A DNA stretch of 64,000 nt from contig OX597827.1 in the NCBI GenBank assembly GCA_951406725.2, positions 10,416,001 to 10,480,000 of the forward strand. Reading direction: 5' to 3'. The stretch is from Octopus vulgaris (taxonomy: Eukaryota). Position numbers and translations under genes: made by a program. Under the pieces are notes generated by a model. The model was not told where the DNA came from. It ran no database searches and saw nothing but the letters and a program-made list of their open reading frames with translations. Shown here piece after piece: positions 26,153 through 40,599 of this stretch (position 1 is the first letter of the stretch; the number at the start of each line of letters is the position of its first letter).

Positions 26153-26765
26153 AATGATGCTGGTGATGGTGATGAGGATTGTGGTGGTGGCTGTGGTGGT
26201 GATGGTGGTAATGATGATGGCAATAACGACAACAATATCGATGATGATGATAATGATGATGATGACGGTGATGACGATAATGACGATAATGATTGTGATG
26301 GTGGTGGTGGTGATAATGGTAGTGGTGATAGTGGTGGTGGTGGTGGTTATGGTGGTGATAATGATGATAATGGTGCTGGTGACGGTAATGGTGGTGATGG
26401 TTGTGGTGGTGATGGTGGTAATGATGATGCCAATAATGATGACAATGTCGATGATGATGATGATGATGATGACGATGATGATGATGATGGTGGTGATGAT
26501 GATGATGATGATGATGATTGTGATGGTGGTGTGGGTGATAGTGGTGGTGGTACTGGTGCTTGTTGTGGTGCTGGGAGTAGTGATAATGATGATGGTAATA
26601 ATGATAATAATGATGGTGATGGTGGTGATGGTTGTAGTGGTTGCTGTGGTGGTGATGGTGGTAATAATGATGGCAATAACGACAACAATGATGATGATGA
26701 TGATGATGATGATGATGCCACTAACACCAATGAGGGTGGTGATGTCGGTGTCAATGATGATGCAC
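25557..26765. repeat. 1.2-kb compound (GAT/GGT/GAC)n low-complexity array
   Basis: Direct reading. Recurring blocks such as GGCAATAACGAC and GTGACGGTAATGGTGGTGATGGTTGTGG. Confidence 0.95.
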
Positions 26766-27114
26766 ATCTACAACTTATTTATATTATTTATGGGGTGAAA
26801 ATGGAGATGATGAAAGTAACTGCTCGTATGATTTATATTTAGATATTCCTGGTGTACAAACATGGAGCTTGGACTCAATTTATTTCAAATTCTCCCATTT
26901 TTCAATCTTGATCACTGCTTCTGTCCGTCATGTGTTACGGCTTCGTCTTTCATAACTAATAGTCATTGCCCGTAAACTGGTTCCTATCATTAGCTTGTGT
27001 TTCCGATTCGGTGTTTTCCACTGGATAGTATTCAAATGATAAATCAAACAAACTGAACAGACTTCAAGCTTTTGTAAAACCAAAACTACCAATATTTTCT
27101 TGTGAGAGGAACAT

Positions 27115-27499
27115 GTGGAAGCACTCCGTCGGTTATGACGATGAGGGTTCCGGTTGATCCGAATCAACGGAACAGCCTGCTCGTGAAATAAACGTGTAAG
27201 TGGCTGAGCACGCCACAGACACGTGCACCCTTAACGTAGTTCTCGGGGATATTCAGCATGACACAGAGAGTGACAAGGCCAGCCCTTTGAAGTACAGGTA
27301 CAACAGAAACAGGAAGAAAGAGTGAGAGAAAGTTGTGTTGAAAGAGTACAGCAGGGATCACCGCCATCCCCTGGCGGAGCCTCGTGGAGCTTTTAGATGT
27401 TTTCGCTCAATAAACACTCAAACGCCCGGTCTGGGAATTGAAACCGCGATCCTATGACCGCGAGTCCGCTGCCCTAACCACTGGGCCATTGTGCCTCCA
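27115..27499 (-). mobile_element. SINE family B, full length
   Basis: Reverse complement of 8620-9004, with a 12-bp TSD TGAGAGGAACAT. Confidence 0.92.
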
Positions 27500-28104
27500 T
27501 GAGAGGAACATATAAAATAGTTAAAAGGAAGATACAAAATATTTGAGAGAAACATATGCAGTATAATTTCTTCGTTAAAGTTTACAGAAAACTTCTTTGC
27601 AGATGAATATTATTAGATTTATTTTGAATTCTTTATAGAATTCTAGATACCAGATATGGTTTACAAATAGGATTATCACAGTAATGTGATCATTTTGTTT
27701 TTCTCTAAATCACATTTCTCCTTTTGTATATTTGCTTATATTTGTGTAATATTAAGAAAAGTAAAATGTTTTTATCCAATTTAATATGATACTTCTCACT
27801 AGGTCACTGCTAAAAATGAATATTTTTCCCTGACAAATTTTGAATTATTTTGAAACCATGAAAGGATAGAAAAAAAAAATAATCTATTAAGGCTTTCGGA
27901 GAATAGAAAAGGAAACTGGAAAGAAATTTGTATGCTTGATGCAAAAATGAAATATCATGAGATGATATTTGCAACTGAATAATTTTCCAAAATATAAAGA
28001 ATATTCTTGTGAATGTATGTGTATGTGCATGAGTGCATTCTTGTGTGTTTGTGTATGTGCATTTGTGTGTGTGTGCATGTGCATGTATGTGTGTACATAC
28101 ATAC

Positions 28105-28226
<122 letters not shown>

Positions 28227-29893
28227 TGTTAGGGATAATACATTGTAACTACAAGTCTTGTGCTCACTTTCAGCTGACAAACTCAACCAGTTTCTAGAGT
28301 ATCCAGGAATTATTCTTTTTGATGGAGTGGGTACTATGACATAGAATTTCTTGTATTGCATTTTGGTAAAATGGTGTAATGGTTCTTAACTCATTACATA
28401 TGGATACTGTTGAGATTGAGTTATCCCATTTTGATTATTACAAATAGTGAAGCTGGAGGATGTAAGAAAATTTGAAGGATTTATGGATATGTTTTAAGAA
28501 AATGGAAATGATTTGCAAGAATGTAGAACCTGAAGGTCTAAAAATTATACAGCAAAGATGGTGGGGAAATAAACAGAAAACTGCTAATTGAAGATAAGAA
28601 TGTGAACTCAAGGAGTTTAAATATAAAGTATCAATGAGTGGATTAATTTGAGCTGTTGCAAAATTGGGAATATCTATTAATAGATTACAACTAAATAATA
28701 AAGAGAGGGAGTGAGTGTAATTGTTCCTTACAACTAGTTAAATATTGATCCAACATGCTATATGGAAAATAGCATGGAATGATACAGACTTGAAACTATT
28801 AAAGAATGTATTAAGTATAGTGAAATTAGAGGGAAATAAAGTGTATCACTGTTCTTAGCAAAATGCTAAAGATTGGTCCAATAAATCAGGTGGTGGTATG
28901 ATGATCTTCCTGTATTGAAGAAAGTATTTGCTTAAGTGACGATATTTAATGAAAATCTCTGATCTAACAATTAAACTAGTTTTTGAATTTATGAATTTAT
29001 TAAAATTTTACAGTATGAAGATCTTCTCAACTGTACATTTAAACAATATTTTAAGTTTATTTCTGTGGCCTGAATATCTCAAGAATTTTCTACTTTATGT
29101 TAAAATCAGAATGTATGTGCTTGCAAACTCAAACATTATTCAATAGATTTGCTCTATTTTCTTTTCTATATTTCTGAAGGAATAAGATTTGTTCTAGTAT
29201 CATTGCTTAAATCTTACCTCCATCATGCCTATGTGGTGTTTTCAGCATGGTGTTATGATTTGAGATGGCAATAGCTGATTGAAATGAATCACCAACATTT
29301 TAATTCTTTATTATATTCACTCTAGAATGATTCAAACAAAGTATAGAAACAGTAAAGTAACTACAATAAAAGACTTAGTTTTTGTAATATCCACTGTTCT
29401 TATAAGATCGTTACCAAAATGGAATAACAAATTTCTAACAGAAGTTTGCAAACATCTATTTTGGAATTAAATATAGTTACTTATATTGAGCCCAATACCT
29501 GACAAGTACATTATTTCATGAAATTCAGAAGACTGTAAGCTAAAGTAACCTCAGTAGGATTCAAACTCTGATTGTGAAGGGCTACAGCTGCAGCTCTACT
29601 ATAGGGATAAGGTTTTAAAAATAACAAAATATTCAAGATCAGTTTTTAAAATGGCAATGTCATTTGCATAACAAAATTCATTGAAATATATTTTATTTTT
29701 AGTTTTTGAGATATGGACACAGATAATGTAAAAAATGTTTGCCTGTTTCTTCAGATTTTGTCTAGTATCTCTGAATGTGTCGCTGAATGAAACAAAACGA
29801 AGTGAAACTGAAACAACAAAATTGTAATGTATAATATTTTTTTACACAAGGCCCTAAATGATTTAAGTGGACAATGATATATTTATTATAAAC

Positions 29894-30035
29894 ATTATTT
29901 GCCAACATAACACAGCAGTCCTGGTTTAGGACAGACGTTACTGTTATTTAGCCCCATAGCTGGTGGCGGGGGGGAGGCTAAATAACAGTAACATTCATCC
30001 TAAACCAGAACTGCCATGTTATGTTGGCAAATAAT
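29894..30035. repeat. Foldback/MITE-like inverted repeat (~60-bp arms)
   Basis: ATTATTTGCCAACATAAC...GTTACTGTTATTTAGCC pairs with GGCTAAATAACAGTAAC...GTTATGTTGGCAAATAAT. Confidence 0.8.
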
Positions 30036-30042
30036 CTTTACT

Positions 30043-30270
30043 TTAACCCTTTAGCATTCATATTATTCTGTCAAGTGTAATGTTTATTTATTAACCTTCT
30101 TTTGAATTAATCACACATTATCTTGTAGCTCTGAGATTTCAATGATGTAGTTGTCTATTTTTAAAGTGACATTGCAAGGTAGGTGTGAAAAGCCAGATCT
30201 GGCCAGTTTGAACATAGAACCAGTAGAATATTTTGGCCGAATATGGCCGGTTTAAGCACTAAAAGGCTAG
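30043..30270. mobile_element. MITE with TTAACCCTTTAGC-type termini
   Basis: Short imperfect TIRs. Related copies at 1240-1540. Confidence 0.55.
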
Positions 30271-30728
30271 AGTACTCTTACTGAATGTCTCACATTGAGA
30301 GATTTACTAAGAGAAATTTTCTATTTGATATATTTATTTGTTTTGATGTTCTCACAGCATTTTTTAATGTTTATTACTAATATTCTCGACACATTGGTAA
30401 CATCCTCCTTGCCTGAATTTGTTGACTTGCAAGCCACATGGTAACCTCAACAGTGCCAGGGGCATGAGAAAAAAAAGCACCCAGTGTACACTGTAGAGTG
30501 GCTGGCTTTGGGAAATGACATCCAATAAAAGAAACCACGTCAAAGCAGATATTGAAGTACAGTGCATTTCTGGCCTCATCAGATCTTTGTCAAATCATCC
30601 AACCCATACCAGCATGGAATCTGGATGTTAAAAGATGACAATGATTATAATGACGATGACGACGTTGACAACAATGATGACGACAGTGATGACAAAGAAG
30701 ATATATTCATTCACATATTTTACATATA

Positions 30729-30895
30729 AGCACCCACTACACTCACGGAGTGGTTGACGTTAGGAAAGGCATCAGGCTGTAGAAACACTGCCAGATCAGA
30801 CTGGAGCCTGGTGCAGCCTTCTGGCTTCCCAGATCCCCGGTCGAACTGTCCAACCTATGCTAACACGGGAAACGGACGTTAAATGATGATGATGA
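30729..30895 (+). mobile_element. Family D retroposon (RTE-related, (GAT)n tail)
   Basis: GTTG.CGTTAGGAA.GGCATC block and CCA.CC.ATGCTA.CA.GG...AAA.GATGATG tail. Many copies. Confidence 0.8.
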
Positions 30896-31680
30896 ATTCA
30901 GTTTTAAATATTTTTGAAATTTACTATATTAATTATGTCATTATATCCTTCAAATCTAATATATTACTTGTATGGTTGTCCTATAATGCACCTGTGATAA
31001 TGGTTTTGTTATTTGTAAACCACTCACACATTAACTTGGTTTGCGTTCAGTGTCACAGCCACATCACACATAACTTGACGGTATTGTTAAAGGTAATTAA
31101 ACAACCATCTCCATTGTCATGAAGAAATTTTGGTTTAGGCTTAAACAACCAAATGTCTCATACTTGGTAATGAATATTGTGTAGAAAAGGAAAATTTTCA
31201 AAGTGAGAGAATATGGATTATTCTAATCCAATTAAAACCAAACCGCTTAAAAGAGATGAATTCAGTTATACTATTTTTGAGAGGATTTGAGAATTCTTAT
31301 AAACTGCTGACTCATAAGTTGTAAGCCAAGTATTTACTTCCCTTAAAGGAGAGATAATTAAAAATGGTTATTATTTATGCAAATGAGAATGCCAGAGAAT
31401 AGAATAAATGCATAAAATTTAGAGACAAAATACTGTAAGTACAGATACCCCAAAACATAATGTGAGGGCGTGCTTGCAACATGTAATCTGGAAGATAAAG
31501 CTGTGATAATAAAAGCATATGTAATGTAAATGTATTTGTCGAGAAGATAATAAAAATTATAAATGCTTCAAGGGAAAGTCCTTTTTCAAGATAGAGAAAG
31601 GAGAATAATATAAAAATATGTGTTATACAGGAGTTACAGTTAATAATGGATGAAGGAAGTGGGTAGGTATGCAGTTATTT

Positions 31681-31893
31681 GCATTCTCTCATCAGTCAAA
31701 TTTCCAAATTATCCTTACAATTTCGGCCAGTCAAGTGTAACCAGTCAAAACTGTAAGGATAATCTGGAAACTTAACTGAGGAGAAAAGGCCACTAATGAC
31801 CCATCCTTGTTTTTTCCTGTCTGTCTTTGTATCGTCTATCTGTCCAGATGCTTTATTGTCATCTGTTGCATTCTTGTTCCATTTTTGGGATTT
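31681..31893 (+). repeat. Foldback (31681-31790) with a one-sided tail ending in a TA-rich tract
   Basis: ~50-bp imperfect arms, each carrying CTGATGA or CTGAGGA when read outward. Confidence 0.65.
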
Positions 31894-32087
31894 ATATATG
31901 TATATATAGCAGTGTACGTACACTTTTGCTCACCTCATATATATGTGTGTGTGTGTGTGTATATATGCAAATGTACATAATATATATATAGAGAAATATA
32001 TACATATATATGTATATGTATGTAAACATATATGTATATACAGACACACATATATATATTTATATATACATATTCATACACACATAC

Positions 32088-32129
<42 letters not shown>

Positions 32130-32141
32130 GATATATGTATG

Positions 32142-32197
<56 letters not shown>

Positions 32198-32598
32198 ATA
32201 TATATTTGGTGGGTGTGTCATTTACGGCCAGTTTTTTATTCAAGAATTATTCAAAAATAAAACACCAAAATAAAATAAAACGATCGTTAATGTCATTAAT
32301 TATGTACCAGTCTAATACACACACGCACACATGCACACACGCATATACACATATAATTTTACAGACATACATGTACATCCATATGCATAGAGTCAAAAGG
32401 TCAGGTGTAGAGATACTCAATATAGAAAACAAATAGTATTCAAATGATTCGAAATTACTCTCCAGAATCTTTATTGATAATTAGGTCCAAAGGATAAATA
32501 GTAAGAGAAATGCAAGTGAGCTGATAGAGATATTGATGCAGGTAGTGAGTTATGTATGTATCTCTTTATGTATATCTATGTGTATCCATCATGTGTGT

Positions 32599-32633
<35 letters not shown>

Positions 32634-32689
32634 ATATATATATGTGTGTATATATGTATATATATATATATATATATGTGTGTTATATA

Positions 32690-32761
<72 letters not shown>

Positions 32762-32876
32762 GAATAATCATGTTTGTCTGCGTCACTATCTCCATGTATG
32801 TGTGTGTATATGCATATGTATGTACATGTATGTATAAGTAGGTTTGTGTATCTACATATATAAATGTAAATACATA

Positions 32877-32920
<44 letters not shown>

Positions 32921-33020
32921 AAGAAAAAAATATATATATATACATATAAATGGTGGTGCCCCAGCATGGCCACAGCTCGTGAGCTAAAACTAGATAAAAT
33001 AAAAAAATAAAAAAATATGC

Positions 33021-33051
<31 letters not shown>

Positions 33052-33750
33052 CATATATACATACATGTATACATATATGTGCATGTATATATATTTATAT
33101 ATGCATATATAAAGTTAAGTTTAGTATGTCTCCAAGACACCAATTAGACTTTCTCACTAACTGCTGGTCTTCGTGTTAACCGAATATTTTTTTGTAGGCT
33201 TTCCATTTATTGTCTTTGCATATTTCTATATTTCTGCTATATCATAAGCTGTCCGATCATTACTGCTGGGGTTTTATCCATCTGGCTGTATCTAATCAAA
33301 ATTCTTCAGACAATATATTATTTTTGCACGTAGTTTAAAAATTCCCTGAGCAATTCTTCATTAATCCACAAATACAACAGGAAGATGAAAAGCATTTGGT
33401 ATAAAGAAACAAATTTTCTTAGGTTTAAAATATATTCCTGCAGTGTTGTGAAACTTGGAGAATGCATTCCATGTTGCCTGCAGAATTAATTTTATGAGCT
33501 TAAATATAACCAAAGTCGAATTTGCTTTTCATCATTGTTAAAATAAAATGCAATGTGAATACTCTGAATGAATTAAGTGGCTGTACCCATCCTTCACATC
33601 TGTGTCTTGGTGCTTATGTAATAAATAAATCAATATTACTAATTTCTGATTTGCACACCAGGCAGTATGCTCAGTGACATTCCATCCGTCTCCATGCTCT
33701 GAGTTCAAATACCACTGGGGTTGACTTTGCCATTCATCCATTTGGGGGGT

Positions 33751-34157
33751 TACTCTTTTACTTGTTTCAGTCATTTGACTGTGGTCATGCTGGAGCACCA
33801 ATTTTAGTCGAGCAAATCGACCACAAGGCTTATTTTTTGTAAGCCTAGTACTTATCCTATCAGTCTTTTTTGCCGAACCGCTAAGTTATGGGGACGTAAC
33901 ACACCAGCATCGGTTGTCAAGCGATGTTGGAGAGGGACAAACACAGACACACAAACACACAAACACACACATATATATACATATACATATATACGATGGG
34001 CTTCTTTCAGTTTCCGTCTACCAAATCCACTCACAAGGCTTTGGTTGGCCCGAGGCTATAGTAGAAGACACTTGCCCAAGGTGCCACGCAGTGAGACTGA
34101 ACCCGGAACCATGTGGTTGGTAAGCAAGCTACTTACCACACAGCCACTCCTGTGCCT
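33751..34157 (-). mobile_element. SINE family A
   Basis: Reverse complement of family A. Confidence 0.9.
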
Positions 34158-34512
34158 ATTTGAGTCAACCTGTCACTGAATGTGCTGGTCTTGAGCTAAA
34201 ATTTGCAAACAATATTATTCATTTATTAATAGTTGTCTAACTACACAAATATGCAATTAAATGTATAAGTGTCATGATGGCTAGAAACATGACTACCATT
34301 TTGTTTAGAAATAAAGATTCCTAATTCTTATCCAAGGATAGGGCATCTGATCATGATCAGAGATCAAGCAAAGGCTTAAATATTGACTACATAGACATAA
34401 GGCCATTGATCTGAAGGTAGGTGTGTAGGTGGTTATATTGATCCAATACTTAATTGATTTTATTAATCCTATAAAGGTGTAAGGCAAAGTTGAAATTTAC
34501 TCTTTTTTCTCA

Positions 34513-34715
34513 TTTACTTGTTTCAGTCATTTGCCTGTGGCCATGCTGGAGCACCGCCTTTAGTCAAGTAAATCGACCCTAGTACTTATTCTTTGTAAGC
34601 CTAGTACTTATTCTATCGGTCTCTTTTGCCGAACTGCTAAGTTATGTGGGGCACACCAGCATCGGTTATCAAGCGATGTTGGGGGGACAAACACAGACAC
34701 ACATGCACACACACC

Positions 34716-34756
<41 letters not shown>

Positions 34757-34919
34757 GCATATATATGACAGGCTTCTTTCAGTTTCTGTCTACCAAATCC
34801 ACTCACAAGGCTTTGGTTGGCCCAAGGCTATAGTAGAAGACACTTGCCCAAGGTGCCACGCAGTGTGACTGAACCTGGAACCATGTGGCTGGTAAGCAAG
34901 CTACATACCACACAGCCAC
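34513..34919 (-). mobile_element. SINE family A
   Basis: Reverse complement of family A. Confidence 0.9.
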
Positions 34920-36164
34920 AGAACATAAAAGGTCTTGACCATAAATTGCAAAGGATTTGCATATTGTGCTACCAATTTTGTTAATTTATAACCTTGTGTA
35001 AATATTAGTTTCAAATTCTGGCACAAGGCCAGAAATTTTGGGGTATGGGCTTAAATGTTGGTTTCAAATTTTGGCACAAAGCCAACAGTTTTGAAGGCAA
35101 AGTTAAGTCAATTACATCAACCCCAGCAATCAACTGGTACTTATTTGATCAATCCTGAAAGGATGAAAAGTAAAGTTTACCTCAGCAGGATTTGAACAAC
35201 AACAACAGCAAAAATTATTATTAATTATTATTGTTGTTGTTGTTGTTGTTGTTGTTATTATTATTATTATTATTATTCATGAGCTGTGAGTTGATGCAAT
35301 CATAAGCGTGTTTGACAAGGATACCTTATGATGTTTGTTTTGTACTCTCTCCCTGTAGTGTTCTCTTTCACCAAAGGGAATTTTTGACATACATCCATTT
35401 GGGGATAAGATAGGATCAAGTATCAGTATAGTAATCAAGCTAAATTAATCTATAAAACTATTCTCCTTAATTTTGGGCCTTGCTTCTGTTATAAACAATT
35501 CATATTATTATATGACATGTTAATATTATCACTGTCAATTCTTAGTAATATTATTAACATAATTTATCATAATTACCATCATAACAGTTATGCTAATGAA
35601 GAAGTTAACAGCCACAATAAAAATAACTCAACTAAAAATAAGATAAAAAAAAATAATTTTCACATTCTTACATTTCTTTTATAATCATAGAGAAAATAAA
35701 TTTTTGCATCTGATATATCTCTAGGATATGTATTTCATTGAATATAAGTTTCAATATAAGTTTCATTCATTTATTATTTCAAAAACTTTTTGAGGATTCT
35801 AGATATTAAAAAAAAATAAAATGAAATTATTAAATAAATTTTTCAAGTGTATAAAAAGAAATACTTGCTCTGATTTTCACTCTCTCTTTCCTGATCACAC
35901 GTTCTTTCTTTCTTGCTTTCAAATTTTCTTCCCCTCATGATATACAGCCATATATATCCATGTATTTCCTCTCTCTCTCTACACACACACACATATATAT
36001 ATGCACATACACACACACATATATACATACATATACATATGGATATATATATATATATACATACACATATCTTTATATATATATATACATATATACATAT
36101 ATACATACATACACACACATATATATATAGTAGAATAATAAAAAGGAAGGTCTTGGTACAGTAT

Positions 36165-36330
36165 TATATATTTGAAAAATGTATAGAGGCGGCTTTTTGG
36201 GATGAATTTTACTTTAATAATAAAGTGTACAGTGAGTGACTCTAGTGAAACTGATACCAGAGTCAACCACTGTAAACATTATTATTGAAATAAAAATTAT
36301 CCAAAAAAGCCATTTCTACTCACTTTTTCA

Positions 36331-36336
<6 letters not shown>
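36165..36336. repeat. Diverged foldback (~80-bp arms) within TA-rich microsatellites
   Basis: TTGAAAAA...GGCTTTTTGGGAT...ACAGTGAGTGACTCT pairs with AGAGTCAACCACTGT...ATCCAAAAAAGCC...TTTTTCAA. Confidence 0.7.
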
Positions 36337-36401
<65 letters not shown>

Positions 36402-36810
36402 CCATCATCATCATCTTCATTATATATATATACATATATATATATGTATATATATATGTATGTATGCATATATGCATATATATATACACACACACACATA
36501 TATATATATATATACACATACACACACGCACACACACACATATTTACATCCATTTGCTGACATACATACACGTGCATATATTTACTCATTTCTTTACATT
36601 TTAAAGTAAAGTGTATATGTATGTATATATATGTGTGTATGGGGGTGTATGCATATATGTGTATACAAATATATTTGTACACGTATATATATGTATACTT
36701 GCAATATACATATATATAATATAAACAAATATTTGCTTTATTTATGTACACACATTTTGTGAATATTATACAACAGCACAAAAATATACATGCACACACA
36801 CACAACACAA

Positions 36811-36843
<33 letters not shown>

Positions 36844-36925
36844 TCTGTTTGCTATAAATATATACTGCAATAATGTGTGTGTATACGTGTGCATATATAT
36901 ATATATGTTTGTGTAAATATATATA

Positions 36926-37047
<122 letters not shown>

Positions 37048-37860
37048 TATGTACTTGGCTATAGAAATTCATTGAAAAATGGAGGAATTATTAAAACAAT
37101 GCACAGGCGACACATTTCATCCATAAAGAAAAATATAATGAAAATAGCAAAAGAAAATAAGACCAAAACCAAACCACAATGTAAAAATCTAAAATATATC
37201 ATATTCAGTTGTAAATATTCTTCAACATCATCTGCAATTAAATCTAAAATCTATTGTATGATCATGTAATATCACGATTGTCTGTATACTTCTCATTCCA
37301 TGCACGAAATATAAAAAAAAGTAGGGAAAGAGGAAAAAAAAAAGAGCATAAGAAAACCATGCTGCATTGTCTTTGAAGAATCTTGCCTCCTCAATTAGAA
37401 TCTCACTCCTATAATCATTGAATGTTGCAATTATCCCATTTCATGGAACATCATGTCTCTAATAGCGATATAATGGAAACACGAAATCTGAAGTTAAAAT
37501 CATGGGTATTTTTATTGTTCTTGGAAACAAGGCTTCAGCGATTTTCATATTTCTTAAGTAAAGTAAATGTTATACTATGGAGGAATATATATGAAATATT
37601 GACTGTGTAAAGCATAAGTACATATTCTATTAAACACTGGATTATTTAACATATTCCTGAGCCTGTAGATTTTTTTCTTTTTTTAATCTTTTTGCCTTTG
37701 GAATGTACTATAACAGAGCTTCGATGATTCATTTGTTGCATCAATCTTCTTCAATATTATTATTTTAACGCTCCAAGTGAATCTGTAGAGACTAGAGGCC
37801 ATCTCAGATGTATCTCATGCCACCCATGCAATAGTCCAATGTGGTATAGATACCAAAGCA

Positions 37861-38093
37861 GGGCGGCGAGTTGGCAGAAACGTTAGCACGCTGGGCGAAA
37901 TGCATAGCAGTATTTCGTCTGCCATTACGTTCTGAGTTCAAATTCTGCCGAGGTCGACTTTGCCTTTCATCCTTTCGGGGTCGATAAATTAAGTAGCAGT
38001 TATGCACTGGGATCGATATAATCGACTTAATCCGTTTGTCTGTCCTTGTTTGTCTTCTCTGTGTTTAGCCCTTTGTGGGTAGTAAAGAAATAG
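37861..38093 (+). mobile_element. SINE family C, full length
   Basis: Flanked by the duplication GGTATAGATACCAAAGCA (TSD). Confidence 0.9.
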
Positions 38094-38209
38094 GTATAGA
38101 TACCAAAGCAATGCAACATTAGTACTGTTTATATTGTATATGTATGATTCTATGTCTGTATGTCATTATTCAGTTTATTTCAAGATTTCTTGTCAATAGA
38201 GAAAGAACT

Positions 38210-38430
38210 GGTTTCAAACCTAGATCCAAGGCTTTGCAGAGTTTTACAGTTCCACTGATGGATTGGATCTGTAGTCTTAGATTTAGCTTTCTCTTTTCTG
38301 GATTTGAGAAGCCTAATTTCTCAAGATTGATATTTAAGCAGTGTTTTGCATATCCCACTGCCCCAATAATTACAGGTATAAACCTGAACCTCGGATAGAG
38401 TAACAGTAGATTTCTCAATAGTTCAGCATA
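38210..38430 (-). mobile_element. R4/Dong-like (restriction-like endonuclease) LINE 3' fragment
   Basis: Peptide YPRFRFIPVIIGAVG...LQIQSISGTVKLCK resembles the RLE C-terminus. Confidence 0.6.
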
Positions 38431-38501
38431 GGTATGTTTTTATGTACATACATATATAAATATGTATATATGTGTGTGTAAATACATGTATTTATGTGTC
38501 A

Positions 38502-38546
<45 letters not shown>

Positions 38547-38549
38547 TAC

Positions 38550-38621
<72 letters not shown>

Positions 38622-38623
<2 letters not shown>

Positions 38624-38815
38624 CATCATCATCATCATCATCGTCATTTAGTGTCCGCTTTCCATGCTAGCATGGGTTGAACGGTTCAACTGGGGTCTGG
38701 GAAGCCAGAAGGCTGCATCAGGCCCAGTCTGATCTGGCAGAGTTTCTACGCCTGGATGCCCTTCCTAACGCCAACCACTCCGTGAGTGTAGTGGGTGCTT
38801 TTTACGTGCCAACCG
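38622..38815 (-). mobile_element. Family D retroposon
   Basis: Reverse complement of family D, with a (CAT)n tail. Confidence 0.85.
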
Positions 38816-38984
38816 CACATATATACATATATATATGTATATATAAATATATATCTGTAAAAAATGTAATATATATATATTACATTTTAAAGTTCTCTCA
38901 AAAGATTTTCTAAACAAGTTAAAGCTGGCACTGAAAGCTACCAAATTTGCATTTGGAAATGTCTTTGTAAACAATATGATCAAA

Positions 38985-39227
38985 GATAGAAGAATAGTTA
39001 ACTTGGATGGAAAAAATATGAATTTTGTAGATGAGGATAGAACAGTATTTTTCGTCATGGACAAGTGTATTTTGAAAGAGGAACCTTGAAAGTCTACCAG
39101 ATAGATGGTAGAGCATGGTAGAAAATAATGGAGAGTATATTTTAGATTAAAAAAGAACTTTGTTTATCTTAATTTAGAAAAATAAAAGAAGTAGGAAAAA
39201 CGCATTATTTATGGCATGAGCCAATAA
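38985..39227 (+). mobile_element. Mariner 3' remnant
   Basis: Translation ...LESLPDRW*SMVENNGEYILD* matches a mariner transposase C-terminus, followed by a TIR-like end. Confidence 0.6.
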
Positions 39228-39325
39228 TAATTATAGCTCACTCGTGAAAGCTAAGACACAAATGCATAGCAGAAAAGAAGAGGCTGGATGGTCAATGCTG
39301 TTGCATACCATGTCTTTCCACTTTG

Positions 39326-39358
<33 letters not shown>

Positions 39359-39418
39359 TCTCTCAAGCGTGCATGCATGATATATATATTTATGTATGTG
39401 TGTATAGATATCTTTATA

Positions 39419-39452
<34 letters not shown>

Positions 39453-39756
39453 TATATATTTATGAAGTATAAAAATCATTATTATGAATCATTATAGAGA
39501 TTCAAAATCATACCGGTATCATCAGAGCTGATCACTGACTTTGAATGAACACTGATTTTCAAACAGTGTTGGGTCTAATAGTACCTGAGTGAAAAGATTA
39601 CCTGCAAAGGAGGTAAGCAGTTCTGGAAGGGATGCAATTAAGGTAGATATACCTCATAAATACTGGAATATGAATAGTGTATGGAATGTATGGAAATTAG
39701 TGGGATTATTGGTAAGGTTAGTAGCTCTGTCACTTCTTTTGGACTGCATGCATATG

Positions 39757-40496
39757 CCATAAATCCTCGAGTATAGACCGCCCTTGAGTATAATATGCAG
39801 GGGACTTTTGGGGGGGGCTGTACCTCTGAAAAACCTAAACCTTGTGTATAATATGCACCCTTTCTCTAACTTGAGCCAAGGTGGTCTGTATAACGTTCTT
39901 GGTTTGTAAAAATGTATACGGTAACGTCCTTTATTATTATTATTGACGTAGCATGCCGGGTGAAATGTGTAGCTGTATTTCGTCTGCTGTTACATTCTGA
40001 GTTCAAATTCCGCCGAGGTCGACTTTGCCTTTCATCCTTTCGGGGTCGATTAAATAGGTACCAGTTACGCACTGTGGTCGATATAATCGACTTAATCCAT
40101 TTGTCTGTCCTTGCTTGTCCTCTCTGTGTTTAGCCCCTTGTGGGTAATAAAGAAAAATATATTATTGTGTATATAATATAATGCAAACGTGTAGCTTTTT
40201 TGTGCATTTTGTTTGCAGAAAATAAGGAAATAACAGTAATAACGTTTAATAAATGTTGCTTATTACAAGTTATAGGATGGTCCCTTTATGACTTCATTGC
40301 TTTCAGGCTTAGCTTAAGGTATTTTCGCGCCCGACATCACAAAATGCGTCTGAATAAACATTGCCGGACAGCAAATAGAGACTCGGACATTGCTTAGAAT
40401 ATAATTTTCATTTTTAACCTCATATATAGTATGTACTAGGGATTTTGACCTTTAAATTTTGGGGAAAAAATGCGGATTATACTCGAGGATTTACGG
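39757..40496. mobile_element. Tc1/mariner-superfamily (Tc2/pogo-like) MITE containing a SINE C (~39940-40155)
   Basis: TIRs CCATAAATCCTCGAGTATA / TATACTCGAGGATTTACGG with a 3' TA. Confidence 0.75.
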
Positions 40497-40599
40497 TATT
40501 TTTTTTTTTGAGTGCTTGAATATGTGCTTGTATGTGTGCATGCGTGTGTATGCACTTGTGAATATATATCTGTATGTGTGTTTTGTGTGTTTGTGTATG

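Noticed and set aside
25515-26798. 427-aa Met/Val-rich ORF and its antisense ORFs
   Set aside because: Artefact of a stop-free trinucleotide frame, with no domain-like content.
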